NCBI GenBank assembly: GCA_002633005.1
Contig: NMRA01000409.1
Span: 345,938 to 409,937 of the forward strand
DNA: 64,000 bases
Direction: 5' to 3'
Source: Phoronis australis
Taxonomy: Eukaryota > Animalia > Phoronida
Part shown: piece after piece, positions 26,285 through 39,200 of the stretch
Layout: every line of letters begins with the position of its first letter
How positions within the stretch are numbered: position 1 is the stretch's first letter
The notes under the pieces: generated by a model
Databases searched by the model: none
What the model saw: only the letters and a program-made list of their open reading frames with translations
What the model was told of the DNA's origin: nothing
Made by a program: the position numbers and the translations under genes

Positions 26285-28458
26285 GACTTGGGTAACGATA
26301 AGCTTGATGTCGACAACTGTCCGCACACGGCCAAAGACGCTTGAAATCACGCGGCAAATTCCGTTTCGTTTTTTGTTTATTTTATTCTTTTTTCGTTGGT
26401 AACTATTGGGATGTTAGCCACAGTGTCCGTAGTTTACATTTTCCTCATATGACAATCATTTCGTTGAAAGTTACAAATTAATGTCTTTTGAATTTAATAG
26501 GCAAATGGGCATTTTAGTTGGAAATTATTTAATGATACTGTCGTCTTTCAAATGCATCGCCGTGGGGCGGCTGTCGGCTCGTAATCCGGTGACATCACAT
26601 ATGACGTAAAAACGTGCAATCTGATTAGCAATGGTATTGAGACATAACACAGTGACTTTAGTTACTCGTAATACATGTAGCAGCCTCGTGGCGACCCAAG
26701 CCTCAAAATGACGCCTATCGGTTTATCCACTACTGTGCGAAATATCCCTTATGCGCGCTGACTGGCCGTAGACGAAGTTCACTGCCAAGAGCGATACAAG
26801 AAACCTTGAGACACTTAAATCTATAAATACTTAATACCAGTTCTTGATCATTATTGTCCTCACTCTTTTGCTTGGATAGATTTCAAGAACCTAAACTTAG
26901 ATTTTAACTAATTGATATAAATTTACATCACTCGTCATACTCGGTCAAGTCAAAATCGAGCCGAGTAAATATTTCTCTTCACCAAGCCTCAATGGGTAAA
27001 CGGATCAGGGTCATCCCATTTTGAAGCTTGGGGACGAGGCTAAGACATGTAGTTGCACTGTGATGTTTACGAGGCGACGCCTGTCCCATTATGCATTTGA
27101 AGAATGACAACAGCGCCGTAGATGAAATCCTGATTATATCCTGAAAATCACCACCTTTAAGACGAGGAATGTTTGTCTACTCAGTATTAAGGGTTGCTCA
27201 TAAAATTCGCCACACGTTTTTATAGCTTGAAATTTTCCTAATTCTTTGAATATATTACGTTATTATTTTATATTATTTCAATAGTCAGTCGACTAGAAAA
27301 TTCTAGATACAGTATATTAACTAGGGAAGAGACGCAACAAGTCTCGTTGTCTCCATCATTATACCTCGCTTACGCACCCACCAGTGCCCTGTACGGTCTC
27401 GGCTTGAACGCAACTATACAAATGAACGTAAATGATTCGAGGTGCACACACTCAGGGGAAAATTGGCATTTTCCTTGACACTGAATTTTAAGAAGGGAAT
27501 TTACGTTCGTTTAATTCTTGTGAGTTGTAAGAAACATTTTATAATTATTATAAGGTATGAAATTCACTGAATGTTTCAAACATTGCTTATGCAAATAAAC
27601 TATATGCTGCTCAAGCAAAATACTTAAAGGTGAATCTGTTATTAATACATCGGAAAACCAGCTTGGAATGTTTTGGAACACTTTTAAAACACAAATCGTT
27701 TGGGGACATTTACCGAAAACGTCCGGGTGAATTATTATTTTGTCGATTTGATTCTATCCAAGATTGAGAAAGAGGTATGTTCTCAAACGCTGTCGAGTTA
27801 CGACATTACGACACGCCATCGCTGGACTGAGGTGTGATGACCTGATGATGTCAGCTTTCATTTTCCGTCATCTGCAAAATGCCAAAGTTGAGCTGCGCTG
27901 TAATAAAACTAGATGGCCACTGTTTCAATACGCTCCCTGTACCTCCACTCATTTGGAAAGATTTTGTAGGAACATCGCATAGTGAGGTCGCCAGTTGTAA
28001 CCGTGGTCCCAAGATCTTAATGGCTACTCTAAACTTTTACAAGTTCTATTGCTAACATGTTGATCTTTCTCAAGGTCATGTAGGACGGCCTACTTCTGAA
28101 CATCGTATCACAGAAATGACTGACCGGCATCATAGGAAACTTTCAGATATTATGCTTTACTCTGTTATGAATTGTTTTTATCATATATTCTACTTTTGCA
28201 TGAAGGACTATCAAACAGTTACTGCATAGGTATCATTTTATTGAAAAATTTGAGGTTGTTACAATCAGATTTATGAGAGATGCATCACAAAGTTTCAATT
28301 CATACAGAACACCTACACTTCAGAGAAACAGGATCAAGTTAGCTAAAACCGAGCATGCCAGCTTTGAAAACATGTAAGTCAGGTCTGTCAATTCTAACCA
28401 CCAACTACTGCTGCTGTATTCCACAATACCAATAGCCACTTTCCAACAACGAGCTGAT

Positions 28459-30189
28459 TAAACAAGAGCAACCAGGAGCCTTGAAATGCGCCCACGAATG
28501 CATCGCAAACGGTGTGCTTTTAGGGTTATTTATTTGTACCATAATAATGGCCACAAGATGGCGCAAAAACATATAATACGTCCAAAAACGGGAACATGAC
28601 ATACTTCATAAAAACCTGTCAAGGAACCCCAGAGAACCAAAGGAAAATACAACAAAATGAAATTGCCACTTGTAGGCACAGCCGTTCAATCCGCCTGAAA
28701 GTCGTGGTCTGTTATCTTCATATAAATTCACTTACTAAGTTTAATAAAGATCCTACAGTGGGTTTTGGAGATACAGCTATGGGCACAAAACAAAACAAAA
28801 CTACCACAAGGAGGCGCCACAGTAGTCAGTCGCCATCGCCAAACGTCCCCTTCACACTGAAAGCATATACGCCAATTTTCAAAACCATCCCTAGAATGAT
28901 TTGGTTGATCGAGGGGTGGACGCCAAAAACAAGATTTGAAAACAGCAAAAATGACCACCAGGTGGCGCAAAATACCTCGATTCCATCCAAAAACAGGATG
29001 AAAGCCTAGTCTCACCAATAGATGCCTAACTATATTCAAAATTTTATGAAAATCTGTTAAGGACCTTTGAAGATACAGACTGGCAAACGTAAAAAAAAAC
29101 TAAAATTGCCAATAAGGAGCACACCACTAGTCAGAATCCGTCCGAAAGTCGTCGCTGCCCGTTGTCAACTTCATATAAATACACTTGTTAAACTAAGTAA
29201 AGATGCTGCAAACGGTTTAGGAGATACAGCCATGAGCGCAAAAAAAAAACAAAACAGCCTCTAGGAAGTGCCACAGTAGTCGAATTCATTGGAAAATCGT
29301 CGTCAGCCATCCACTTCATAGTAAAAACATACATGCCAATTTTCACAATTATCCTGAAAACGGTTTGGTTAATAGATGAGTGGACGCCAAAAAACAGACT
29401 CGAAAACAGCAAAAATGGCCACTAGGTGGCGCAAAGTAGGTCGAATCCATCTGAAAACGGGAGAGATAGCGTCACCTTACTAACAGATGTCGGTATGCCA
29501 AATTTTATTGAAAATACGTCGAGGACCCTTGAACATACAGAATGAGGTTATCATAAAAAAAATAAAATTGCCACTACGTGGCACACCAGTAGTCAGATCT
29601 GTCTGAAAGTCGTCGTCCTTCATTGTTAACATCATATAAATACACTTACTAAATTTAGTAAAGATCCTGCGAACAGTTTAGGAGATACAGCCATTGGCGC
29701 AAAAAAAACTGCCACTAGGAGGCGCCACAGTAGTCAAAGTCGTCGGATAATCATCGTCGGCCGTTCACTTCAAAGTAAGAACATACATGCCAATTTTCAC
29801 AATCACCCTTTGAGCGGTTTGGTTGATAGAGGGGCGGATGCAAAAAAACAGACTCGAAAACAGTAAAAATGGCCACTAGGTGGCGCGAACTACGTCGAAT
29901 CCATCCGGAAAATGGGAGGATAACGTCATCTCACTAATAGGTGCCTATATACCAAATTTTATGAAAATCTGAACAAGACTTTTGAAGATACAGAGGTAAA
30001 CGTAAAAAACTAAAATTGCCACTAGGGGGCACACCGGGTAGTCGGAGCCGTCCGAAAGTTCGCTCATGCTGTCCCATCCACGAAAGGAACACATGTGCAA
30101 AATTTCATGACCATACGTCAAGGCGTTTTGGAGATAGAGCAGCGGACACCGGACGGACAGACGCCCCAAGGACGGACGGACGGATGGAC
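28459..30189. mobile_element. Composite non-autonomous element (pearl/Helentron-like): AAACAAGAG start, internal ~450-bp tandem units built of ~150-bp subunits, terminal (GGAC)n; cut by the gap at 30190
   Basis: aaattgcca recurs at ~28660, 29103, 29565 and 30013; ggacggac microsatellite at ~30151-30189. Confidence 0.7.
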
Positions 30190-31619
30190 NTAGTATACTT
30201 TAAGAATGTAAAAATTTCCCAAGGTTTGACTCGCAGGTTTTCGAGAAATTTGACCTCAAAAATCTGACTTTGCAAAATTTGATATAGAAAACCAATCTTC
30301 AAAATCCAACAACATTAGACAAAAAATGAATGCTAATCTGATTGGGGCTTGTTCATTTGAAGTTACTGAACAAGGAAAGTGATAAATGTTATGACATTAG
30401 GCGGAAAATTGCTCAAAAAAGAGAAAAAGCACCTCCTGTTGGCCAGAAAACATACTACTGTATTCTGAACTGGCCTACAAAAAGAACTATAATACAGTTA
30501 ACCATTTGGAACTTGATAAAGATTTGACATCATGACCTACATGTGAACACCATACATTTCCAATGCTTCTGCAACAAATTTTCTGTCATCAATTTCAATG
30601 GCAAAGACAAAGTTAAAAAATATCTCTGCAAAACTGCAACCTACTCAAAATAAAAAAAGTTTTGACACAACCTTAATACTGTTTCATCTAAACACCTTGT
30701 TACAGTAATCCTATTTAACTAAACTAGATAACCAAAATGCTCTTCACCTTAGCACACAGTTTGGCCAGCAACTGAAATTTCGTTTTGTCTAGTAAGTGCT
30801 CAGCAAAAATAAGCATTAAGAGAAATGGGCATCATTACTAGCATAGATTGCACTGTGCAGCTGCCTTCAAACAATTTAAAACATAGACACATTTTTATCA
30901 TCCTTAATACTGTAGTTCAGCCTTTGAAAATAGAGGAATGGTCATTTTGGCAATAGTTTTTGTGCGAAATTGAAAAGCGTCTTTTATAATGTAGAGCTAA
31001 AATTTCATTTGACGCTTCCTGTTTCTGAAATCTGCGCAACATTTGAATTGTCAAGATAAATAAATTACAGAACACAGGCAATACTTCCATTTTTGTATTT
31101 CTCAAATTCCAAACACTGCTCATGGTTAATACACAAAAGGATCTCAAAATAGGCTTAAAAGTTCATAAAAAGCAGTGCTGATCACTTACATGTCGGTAAA
31201 AACTACAGCCAGTACATTTGAGATTGAGACCACTATTACTACAAATTTATCAAGCAAAAAAATTTTCGTTCTGTGACCTAAACTAAAGATTATTTACCAT
31301 AAATGTCACCTTTTCAAATTAAGAATAGGCAGGCGTATTTACAACTGAATGTTTGGAACTGGGATAGGTTTTCAACTTTTCTTTTGTTGTTTGTGAAGTT
31401 CCCCTGTGATGAAATCTGATTTGTTGCAAATGGTTCATTGTGGTGGCAAGACATGCATGGTATATTTCTTTGAGCACTCGGCAGTTAAATGTCAATCTCC
31501 TTAATTTTCTAGTGGGCTCAACATTATTTCCATCATCAGCTTGGTCTTTTTCTTTTTTAAGGGCTCTTTCAATTTTTGTTACATCCGTTAAGTGTCTGTA
31601 ACACTGCTTGTTATAGAAG

Positions 31620-31877
31620 CATGCACGCACCAAGCCTAAAAATGGGAGGTCGAGTTTTTGAGAATGTGGACATTTATTAAGATTTACGGGGTACTTCAGA
31701 GCTACGAATTGTGCGTTCGTCGAATTTTGGTAGTTCCTACCTTTTTAGTGAACTTTTGTCTCATTTTCGACTTTTTCGGAGTTTTTATTTCTCTGAGGCA
31801 AACCTTTTTACCCACTTTACCAAATGGGGGAGGCTCGTTCAAGCCCCCGAGCCCCCCCACCTCTGGGTGCGCGCATG
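31620..31877. mobile_element. Same MITE family, inverted, 5-bp TSD AGAAG
   Basis: agaag|CATGCACGCACC...GGTGCGCGCATG|agaag. Confidence 0.85.
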
Positions 31878-33114
31878 AGAAGAGCTCTGTTTTTTCACAA
31901 ACACTTAAAAACTTATCAGCAATGATACTTCTCTTGCACTCAATGTTGATACGTTTGTTTGCAGTAGCCTTACACCAGGTAATATCTGAAAATTCCAGCT
32001 CAGAAATTTGAGCAGAAGCTGACACATGAATGCAACAAGGGGCAGACATCTTGCCAGTCTATTGTGAAGTTGCACACTTGTTGAATAATTCATGGTTTCA
32101 GCAAAGTCCCAGCTGTCCCAAAACTATGCAAACACAAAATGATTCAGGAATGTGCCAAGAATTGTTTCAGTATGATGACTCCCGTGGCTACTTGATTTGG
32201 CTTTCCTCAATTCCTAACTGCTGCCTGCTGGTTTGTGAGCCTTAGCCCTTGGTAATTGCTTATTACTTGCACACCCATCCAAGAATTAATACAATCCAAT
32301 GTAGTCAGAAGCAGTAAACAAGCTAGCTTAGCCAGCAGGATAACATCAGCTGACTGTCCTCTGATGAAGGTCTTCATGCCAAGCAGACAACTTTTGAAGG
32401 GGAAGGTATGGACACAATATTTTCCTGGCATTTGATTGGCTGTTCAGATCATTTTGCACTGACACCTGGTGGCTAACATATTAGCTGAGGTTATATTTTT
32501 TACAACTTTTAAATCAAAATTCTTACTAAAAGTGCAAGTTTATTCTTGGGAACTTTTTTGAAATTGACTTTTGAACGCCTGTAGATGGATTTAATGCAAA
32601 GTTCCCGTTGCCCCCAGAAAGTGGCCACGGAGGTGAAAGATAGGAGAGCTGGGACTATGGCCTACAAGTCATCCCTCTTGTTCTCCAGAACTGTCAAGCA
32701 GATGCCAGTCTTTTTTAAAAGACCTTAAAAGGTTTGACAGTGAAACGGAGTCATATTACTCACAACTCCCCACATTTTGGGGCCTACTCTTACAGTACAA
32801 GCCAAAAAACAGAATAGACCTTTTGCCAGAAAAGAAACAGCTAGACTTTTGTCTCACTTCCATGGGCGCCATGGTGCTAACCTAGTACTTCACAGCAGGA
32901 ATTCATCTGAAATTTGTACGGCCACATGCTGGTTTCTCACTTACAGGGCTATAGATCTTATGCATGGTCATTCAACATGTAAAGATTTTATCCCAATTTT
33001 CTGCTGAATTCAGAAATCAACTAGTGGCATGTTCCCCTTGTGCTCAGCTGTCATGACGGGAAATTCCAGGTCATTATGCATGACTATTTTTTGCACATGT
33101 TGTACCTAGTCCAG

Positions 33115-33275
33115 TTATGACTTGTCCGCTGTCACCAAATTGTTCGTAACTTCGCACTCCTTCAAATAATTGCCGCCATACTCATCGTAATCCTTTCTAG
33201 TCACACAGTACTTGTTGAAGTTTGCAGATGTTGCCCATTTCTTGGCACCAAGCCAAGAATCCAAGCCTGGGTTGT
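33115..33275 (-). CDS. ACTR5: ACTR5 terminal exon ([13 protein letters not shown]...[12 protein letters not shown]...DKS*)
   Basis: ttccag acceptor; actin-family C-terminus; TAA stop. Confidence 0.92.
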
Positions 33276-36200
33276 CTGGAATTAAAAAATATTGCAATAA
33301 TATGCAAGCTTTCTTGCTTAACTTGTCATTGAACCAATTTATCAGTCTGCACAAGTTGTCAGTCTGCACAAGTCGTCTGCAAAAGACATCAGTCTGGGCA
33401 AGTCATCAGTATGTACAAGTCGTCAATCTACAAAAGACATCAGTCTCCACAAGTCTCCTATCTCCACAAGTCTCCAGTCTGCACAAGTCTCCAGTCAGGT
33501 ATGTCACCAGCCTCCATAACTCACCAATCTGCATATCTCAGAAGTCTGCATAACTCATCAATCTTCATTACCCATCAGTCTGCATAATATATTAGTTTGC
33601 ATAACTCATCAGTCTACATATATTAAGTCGTCGCTTTTGCTTCTATCCTGTGTACGCACACACGCACGCACACACACACACATTTGCACAAACGCTGTGA
33701 GTTGCACAAGTCAAGGCTACAAAGACATCAATGTGGAATGAGGTAGAATGTACGCAATGCTTACACTATCTACAGGATCAAAACACAATTATGTTGTAAC
33801 AGTCATTAAAAGCCTGGTGCTTAATGCCCGAGTTCAGTACACACAAGCTAATTTTGAACCCACCAGCTTCGCGAACTTTAAAACGTGATTGAAATGGCCT
33901 CATGGCAAGAAGGTCTGCCTCCAGCCTCTCTTTCAGCCCTGGCACAGCTGCTGGACTGCCGGTGAGAAACACGTCCTGCAAATGGTAACAGGTTAGAATA
34001 TTGCACAGAATATTGCATTATAGTAGTTTCCAAAATAAACTAGACAGAATTTGGTCAGACTCTGCTAAATTTAGACATATTTCTTGCCAGAACTATTTTG
34101 CAGCTTAGACAAACCTGTGCCACAACAAGCCAGCATTTTTTTCGCACTTTACGCACAGACAGTTTAAGGTGACATTATTGCACCTAGTCAATAACTGTTA
34201 ATCTGCAATTGGGCTCGCAAGGCAAGTTGTCATGATTTTGACGCAGTGCCCGCAGAAACCCCGTGGGAACTAGACGAATGTCAACTTTGTCCACTTTACT
34301 TTGAAAATTGCTGCATGTACAATGTATAAATGGGATCAGACCCACAGCATTAACTGCACAAACACAGAGGACGCTTGAGCTTAATATGAAGGACCCTAGA
34401 AAAACAAGATTGCAAATTTGGCTAACTATATGACGAATGGCTGATCAGATTCATTGTGTAACTTTCAGAAACTGTGCTTTATGCTCTAGTCTCTAAAAAA
34501 AGTGACAGGAATTGCTCCACTTTTGTATATGGGGTAATCAAAAATTAGAACTTTTATGGCTTTGGGGAAAAACTCACCAAGCTGCTAAAATCGAAATTAA
34601 ATAATCTAAAAAAATGTTAAAGAGTTTCCGAGACGTCATTTCAAACATTAATTTTGTATCCAATGAAAGATGATCATGTTATTTATATTGTTGTGTTGTT
34701 ATCAATGTATCTTACGTTTTTGCTAAATTTTACCAAAAGACTGGTCACGTGACCTACCTAACAACAGACTGGTAAAAGGTCAAAAATACAATTCTACAGA
34801 CTTTCCATTTTCACAACATTACATACTTTTACCAAGACAAAATCTAGGAGTAATTTATAGACATTTGGCTATACACACAGGATTTGAGTGACGGCTTAAC
34901 TGACCAATCAGAACGCAGCAATTTTGGCACAAGTTTTACCCAGCAACGTGTTGTTTGTCGGGTAAGATGGCGGATTGGAAACGAAGGTGGGTCAAGAATG
35001 CTGCATTCTGAATTGTCAGTTCTTGCGATAGGTCAATTGCTGCCAGGTGCTAAAATAGAGGGCAGCATTCTCCGATCTCGAAAGAAAGGCCTCAGTTGAT
35101 TCACCCAGTCCACTCTTACCCTCATGAGTCTGTTCTGCTGATCCTGGTTGAATTTGGTCAGCATGAATTCCATTGTCTCTGATACTCCCGCCTGAGGAAG
35201 ACCCATCTGAGAGGGCTGAAACATCAACTCGGGTACTCTGTCAAGATAGAACACACATTACATGGAATCGTGACAACACTCATTCGTCAAAGACTAATTT
35301 TAACACAAAATGTCTAGGGATTACACTGGTTTGACATTACGTCGCATTTTTGCAGAGTGCAAAGTACATGAAAAAGGAACAAATGATATACTCAACGATG
35401 AATGCAAATTATCTCCTCACTGTCTTGCTTCGAAACAAAATCTGACAAATCATCAACCAAAAAATCATTGAACTTCTGCTAAGAAAAGATTCTTTTACCG
35501 TGGTTTAGAGTTTTTAACCCCTTTATAAAATTTTTGCCTCACCAAAAATCTCATGTCTCCTTGGACGTGTTTCATTTGGATTTCAACTGACCTATTTAGT
35601 AATGCCGAATTTAACAATAATCCTGATCTTCAAGGACAAATTTTTGTCCTGCGGTAAGTGATCCACGTTGATGACAAATTCTCTTTTCATTTGTCTTGCT
35701 AAATTTCCGAAACAAGGATGTAGTACTATAATTGATCACTTGCTTATAACATTGGAATCCTGCAAAACATTGTCGTCATGCTAAATCGAGGGCCAAGACA
35801 GAGTGAAGTGTCTTTTTTGCACAATAACACACACAGTGTACACTGAAACGTCCATGTTAACACAGCAATAAACAGATTTTCAAGACTTGTCCAGACAATT
35901 ATGGACTGAATAAACGTGTGCATAAATTCATTTTAGGGAAAGCGCGTATTACCTGATCCTTTCTATCCCTATGTGCAGACGGTAGTACTCGGCCAGGTCA
36001 AAAGGAGTCGCTGCACCACCCTGATCTGCGTTTTCTCTACAAATTTCAAAGACAATGTTTACACTAATTCCTCCTCTGCACTGGATATTAAGAACAAATA
36101 ACAAACCCCAAATTTAATCACTTTTAACCATCCATATATGTTTAAGCAAAAAAAATCCTCCAAATTGTTCAGCCTACATTCTCAATGACTCAACCTAATC

Positions 36201-39200
36201 GTGACAATCTTCAGCATAANCACTCACACACACGCACACACTCACACACACGCACACACACATGCGCTCACGCACACAAGAGTGCCACTAACCCTTCCCT
36301 CCAGTCAACTGCATCACTAGACCACTGCAGCTGGTTTGAGACGTGAAAAAAACGCCTTAATTTTGGAAGCCAAATTCATCACCAGAGTAGTCTTCTCTCA
36401 TTACCGAGAATGAAAAAGAATTGTTAGGAAAGTCAGTTGATTGTCTAAGCCATTCTGTAACAAGACTTTTACCACCCTGCAAGTCATTACGAGTAATTCT
36501 TGCTCTTAACAGAATTAGCCATTGTGACGGGAAAACGGCAATTTCTATGATTACTTTTGTCTGGTACTGTAGACAACAACAACAGTCATGCCACAGTTCC
36601 CTCGATTACTTTTGTCTAGTACTGTAGACAACAACAACAGTCATGCCACAGTCCCCTCGATTACTTTTGTCTAGTACTGTAGACAACAACAACAACAGTC
36701 ATGCCACAGTCCCCTCAATTACTTTTGTCTAGTACTGTAGACAACAACAACAGTCATGCCACAGTCCCCTCGATTACTTTTGTCTAGTACTGTAGACAAC
36801 AACAACAGTCATGCCACAGTCCCCTCACTTTTCAAACTCCTCATCATGTTCCCTCAATAGTGCCTCATACTCTTCCAACTTGTCTTGCTCAGTGTCAGAG
36901 TCACTGTCGTTTCCATCCTTTTGCTGTAACAGGAAAAAATAGCAGAGTTTTCTGCAATAGAGCCCAGCCCAGTGCATGCCCAATACCAGGAAAGTCTCAG
37001 AAAATACACCAGGGGTGCATATGGAAGAAAAAGGCGTGGCCAGCTGAACTTAGAAACTTCCCTCAACTTAACAGCAGTTTTAATCACAAACTGTTTCTTG
37101 CCATTCTTTTGTAATGCTGCGACAGGATTTCTGTGTAGAAATGTCTGTTTATTTGCATGAATATCACCCGTACAAATAATGCACACTGCCACAATAGGTG
37201 TCAGTGTTACATTAGTCCACCTCCCGAGGGACTTGCTGGTGTAGACTAAGAAGTAAAGACAGGGGGGGGGTGGCTTATACCAGAACAAATGGGCTAATAT
37301 AAAATTTGTCAAAATAATTGAAAATTCACTTGTGGGCTAATTTCGCTTACTGGCATGGTAATGATTATACTACATTCAACTTACAATCTCCTTATACACA
37401 TTCCAGTCATCTTCATTTTGGCCGAAGGTGTCTTCTTTCTTGCGCTTCTTTGCTGTAAAGTGTAGGTGAGCTATGGGTGACCTCAACAACTGTTTGTGTG
37501 AAGACAACTGAGCACCTCTAACACCAACATCCATCATCAATGTAAGATCCATAACAACTCAAGACACTTGGAAAATCTAAAAGTTACTGCGACACGCACG
37601 TAACAAATTTTTCCAGAATTGTATTGCAACAGTTGTAAATTATCATGTTGGTATCACATAAATAAGAATTATAGTCATCATACACGCCATCTGTTGGTCA
37701 CATCACATGATATATAGTTAATCAACCGGTGGTCCTGATAGCTCAGTGGACTAGAGCGTCTGCACAGTTAGCAGAAATTCTCATTTTCAAACCCTGGATG
37801 GGACAGATATCTTTTCAGGCTTAACTATACATGACATGATGTGACCAACATATGGCGTGTATGAAGAGTAATGATTTTTGCTTACATTTCTCCAGACGAT
37901 CTCCATGGCCTGTATTATACACTAGGATATGTTTCAGGCTTTAGCCAACGATTAATTTTCATAATGATCCTCACCGATAGAAGATGCATATAGCATACAA
38001 GTACTGCATACAATACAATTAAAAAATGTGAGCTAAGAAGTAGGAGACTTTATGCATATGTCAAGCAGTGAGGTCTGGTGTGGTTTGAACTCGCGATCTT
38101 TAGCTTGGGAGGAGGCAACTCCATCACNAAAAATAGCAGAGTTTTCTGCAATAGAGCCCAGCCCAGTGCATGCCCAATACCAGGAAAGTCTCAGAAAATA
38201 CACCAGGGGTGCATATGGAAGAAAAAGGCGTGGCCAGCTGAACTTAGAAACTTCCCTCAACTTAACAGCAGTTTTAATCACAAACTGTTTCTTGCCATTC
38301 TTTTGTAATGCTGCGACAGGATTTCTGTGTAGAAATGTCTGTTTATTTGCATGAATATCACCCGTACAAATAATGCACACTGCCACAATAGGTGTCAGTG
38401 TTACATTAGTCCACCTCCCGAGGGACTTGCTGGTGTAGACTAAGAAGTAAAGACGGGGGGGGGGGTGGCTTATACCAGAACAAATGGGCTAATATAATAT
38501 TTGTCAAAATAATTGAAAATTCACATGTGGGCTAATTTCGCTTACTGGCATGGTAATGATTATACTAAATTCAACTTACAATCTCCTTATACACATTCCA
38601 GTCATCTTCATTTTGGCCGAAGGTGTCTTCTTTCTTGCGCTTCTTTGCTGTAAAGTGTAGGTGAGCTATGGGTGACCTCAACAACCGTTTGTGTGAAGAC
38701 AACTGAGCACCTCCAACACCAACATCCATCATCAATGTAAGATCCATAACAACTCATGACACTTGGAAAATCTAAAAGTTACTGCGACACGCACGTAACA
38801 AATTTTTCCAGAATTGTACTGCAACAGTTGTAAATTATCGTGTTGGTATCACATAAATAAGAATTATAGTCATCATACACGCCATCTGTTGGTCACATCA
38901 CATGGTATATAGTTATTCAACCGGTGGTCCTGATAGCTCAGTGGACTAGAGCATCTGCACAGTTAGCAGAAATTCTCATTTTCAAACCCTGGATGGGACA
39001 GATATCTTTTCAGGCTTAACTATACATGACATGATGTGACCAACATATGGCGTGTATGAAGAGTAATGATTCTTGCTTACATTTCTCCAGACGTTCTCCA
39101 TAGCCTGTATTGTACACTAGGATATGTTTCAGGTTTTAGCCAACGATTAATTTTTATAATGATCCTCACAGATAGAAGATGCATACAGCACACGAGTACT

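Noticed and set aside
27763-27774. 12-nt micro-exon-like segment (ag-ATTGAGAAAGAG-gtatgt)
   Set aside because: Lies downstream of the CA stop codon with no compatible partner exon
31319-31619. Minus-strand ORF resembling a transposon-associated protein fragment (CFYNKQCYRHLTD)
   Set aside because: Too short and degraded to assign; its start comes from the adjacent MITE
36549-36826. Regular repeats resembling a CRISPR array
   Set aside because: Units are contiguous with no unique spacers, and they lie in a eukaryotic intron with no cas genes
36854-37312. 152-aa minus-strand ORF and its duplicate at 38033
   Set aside because: Mostly intronic, and it crosses ACTR5 exon 14 in the wrong frame
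37732-37804. Functional tRNA gene
   Set aside because: Anticodon loop lacks the conserved U, the T-arm/B-box is degenerate, and it is embedded in a TIR element
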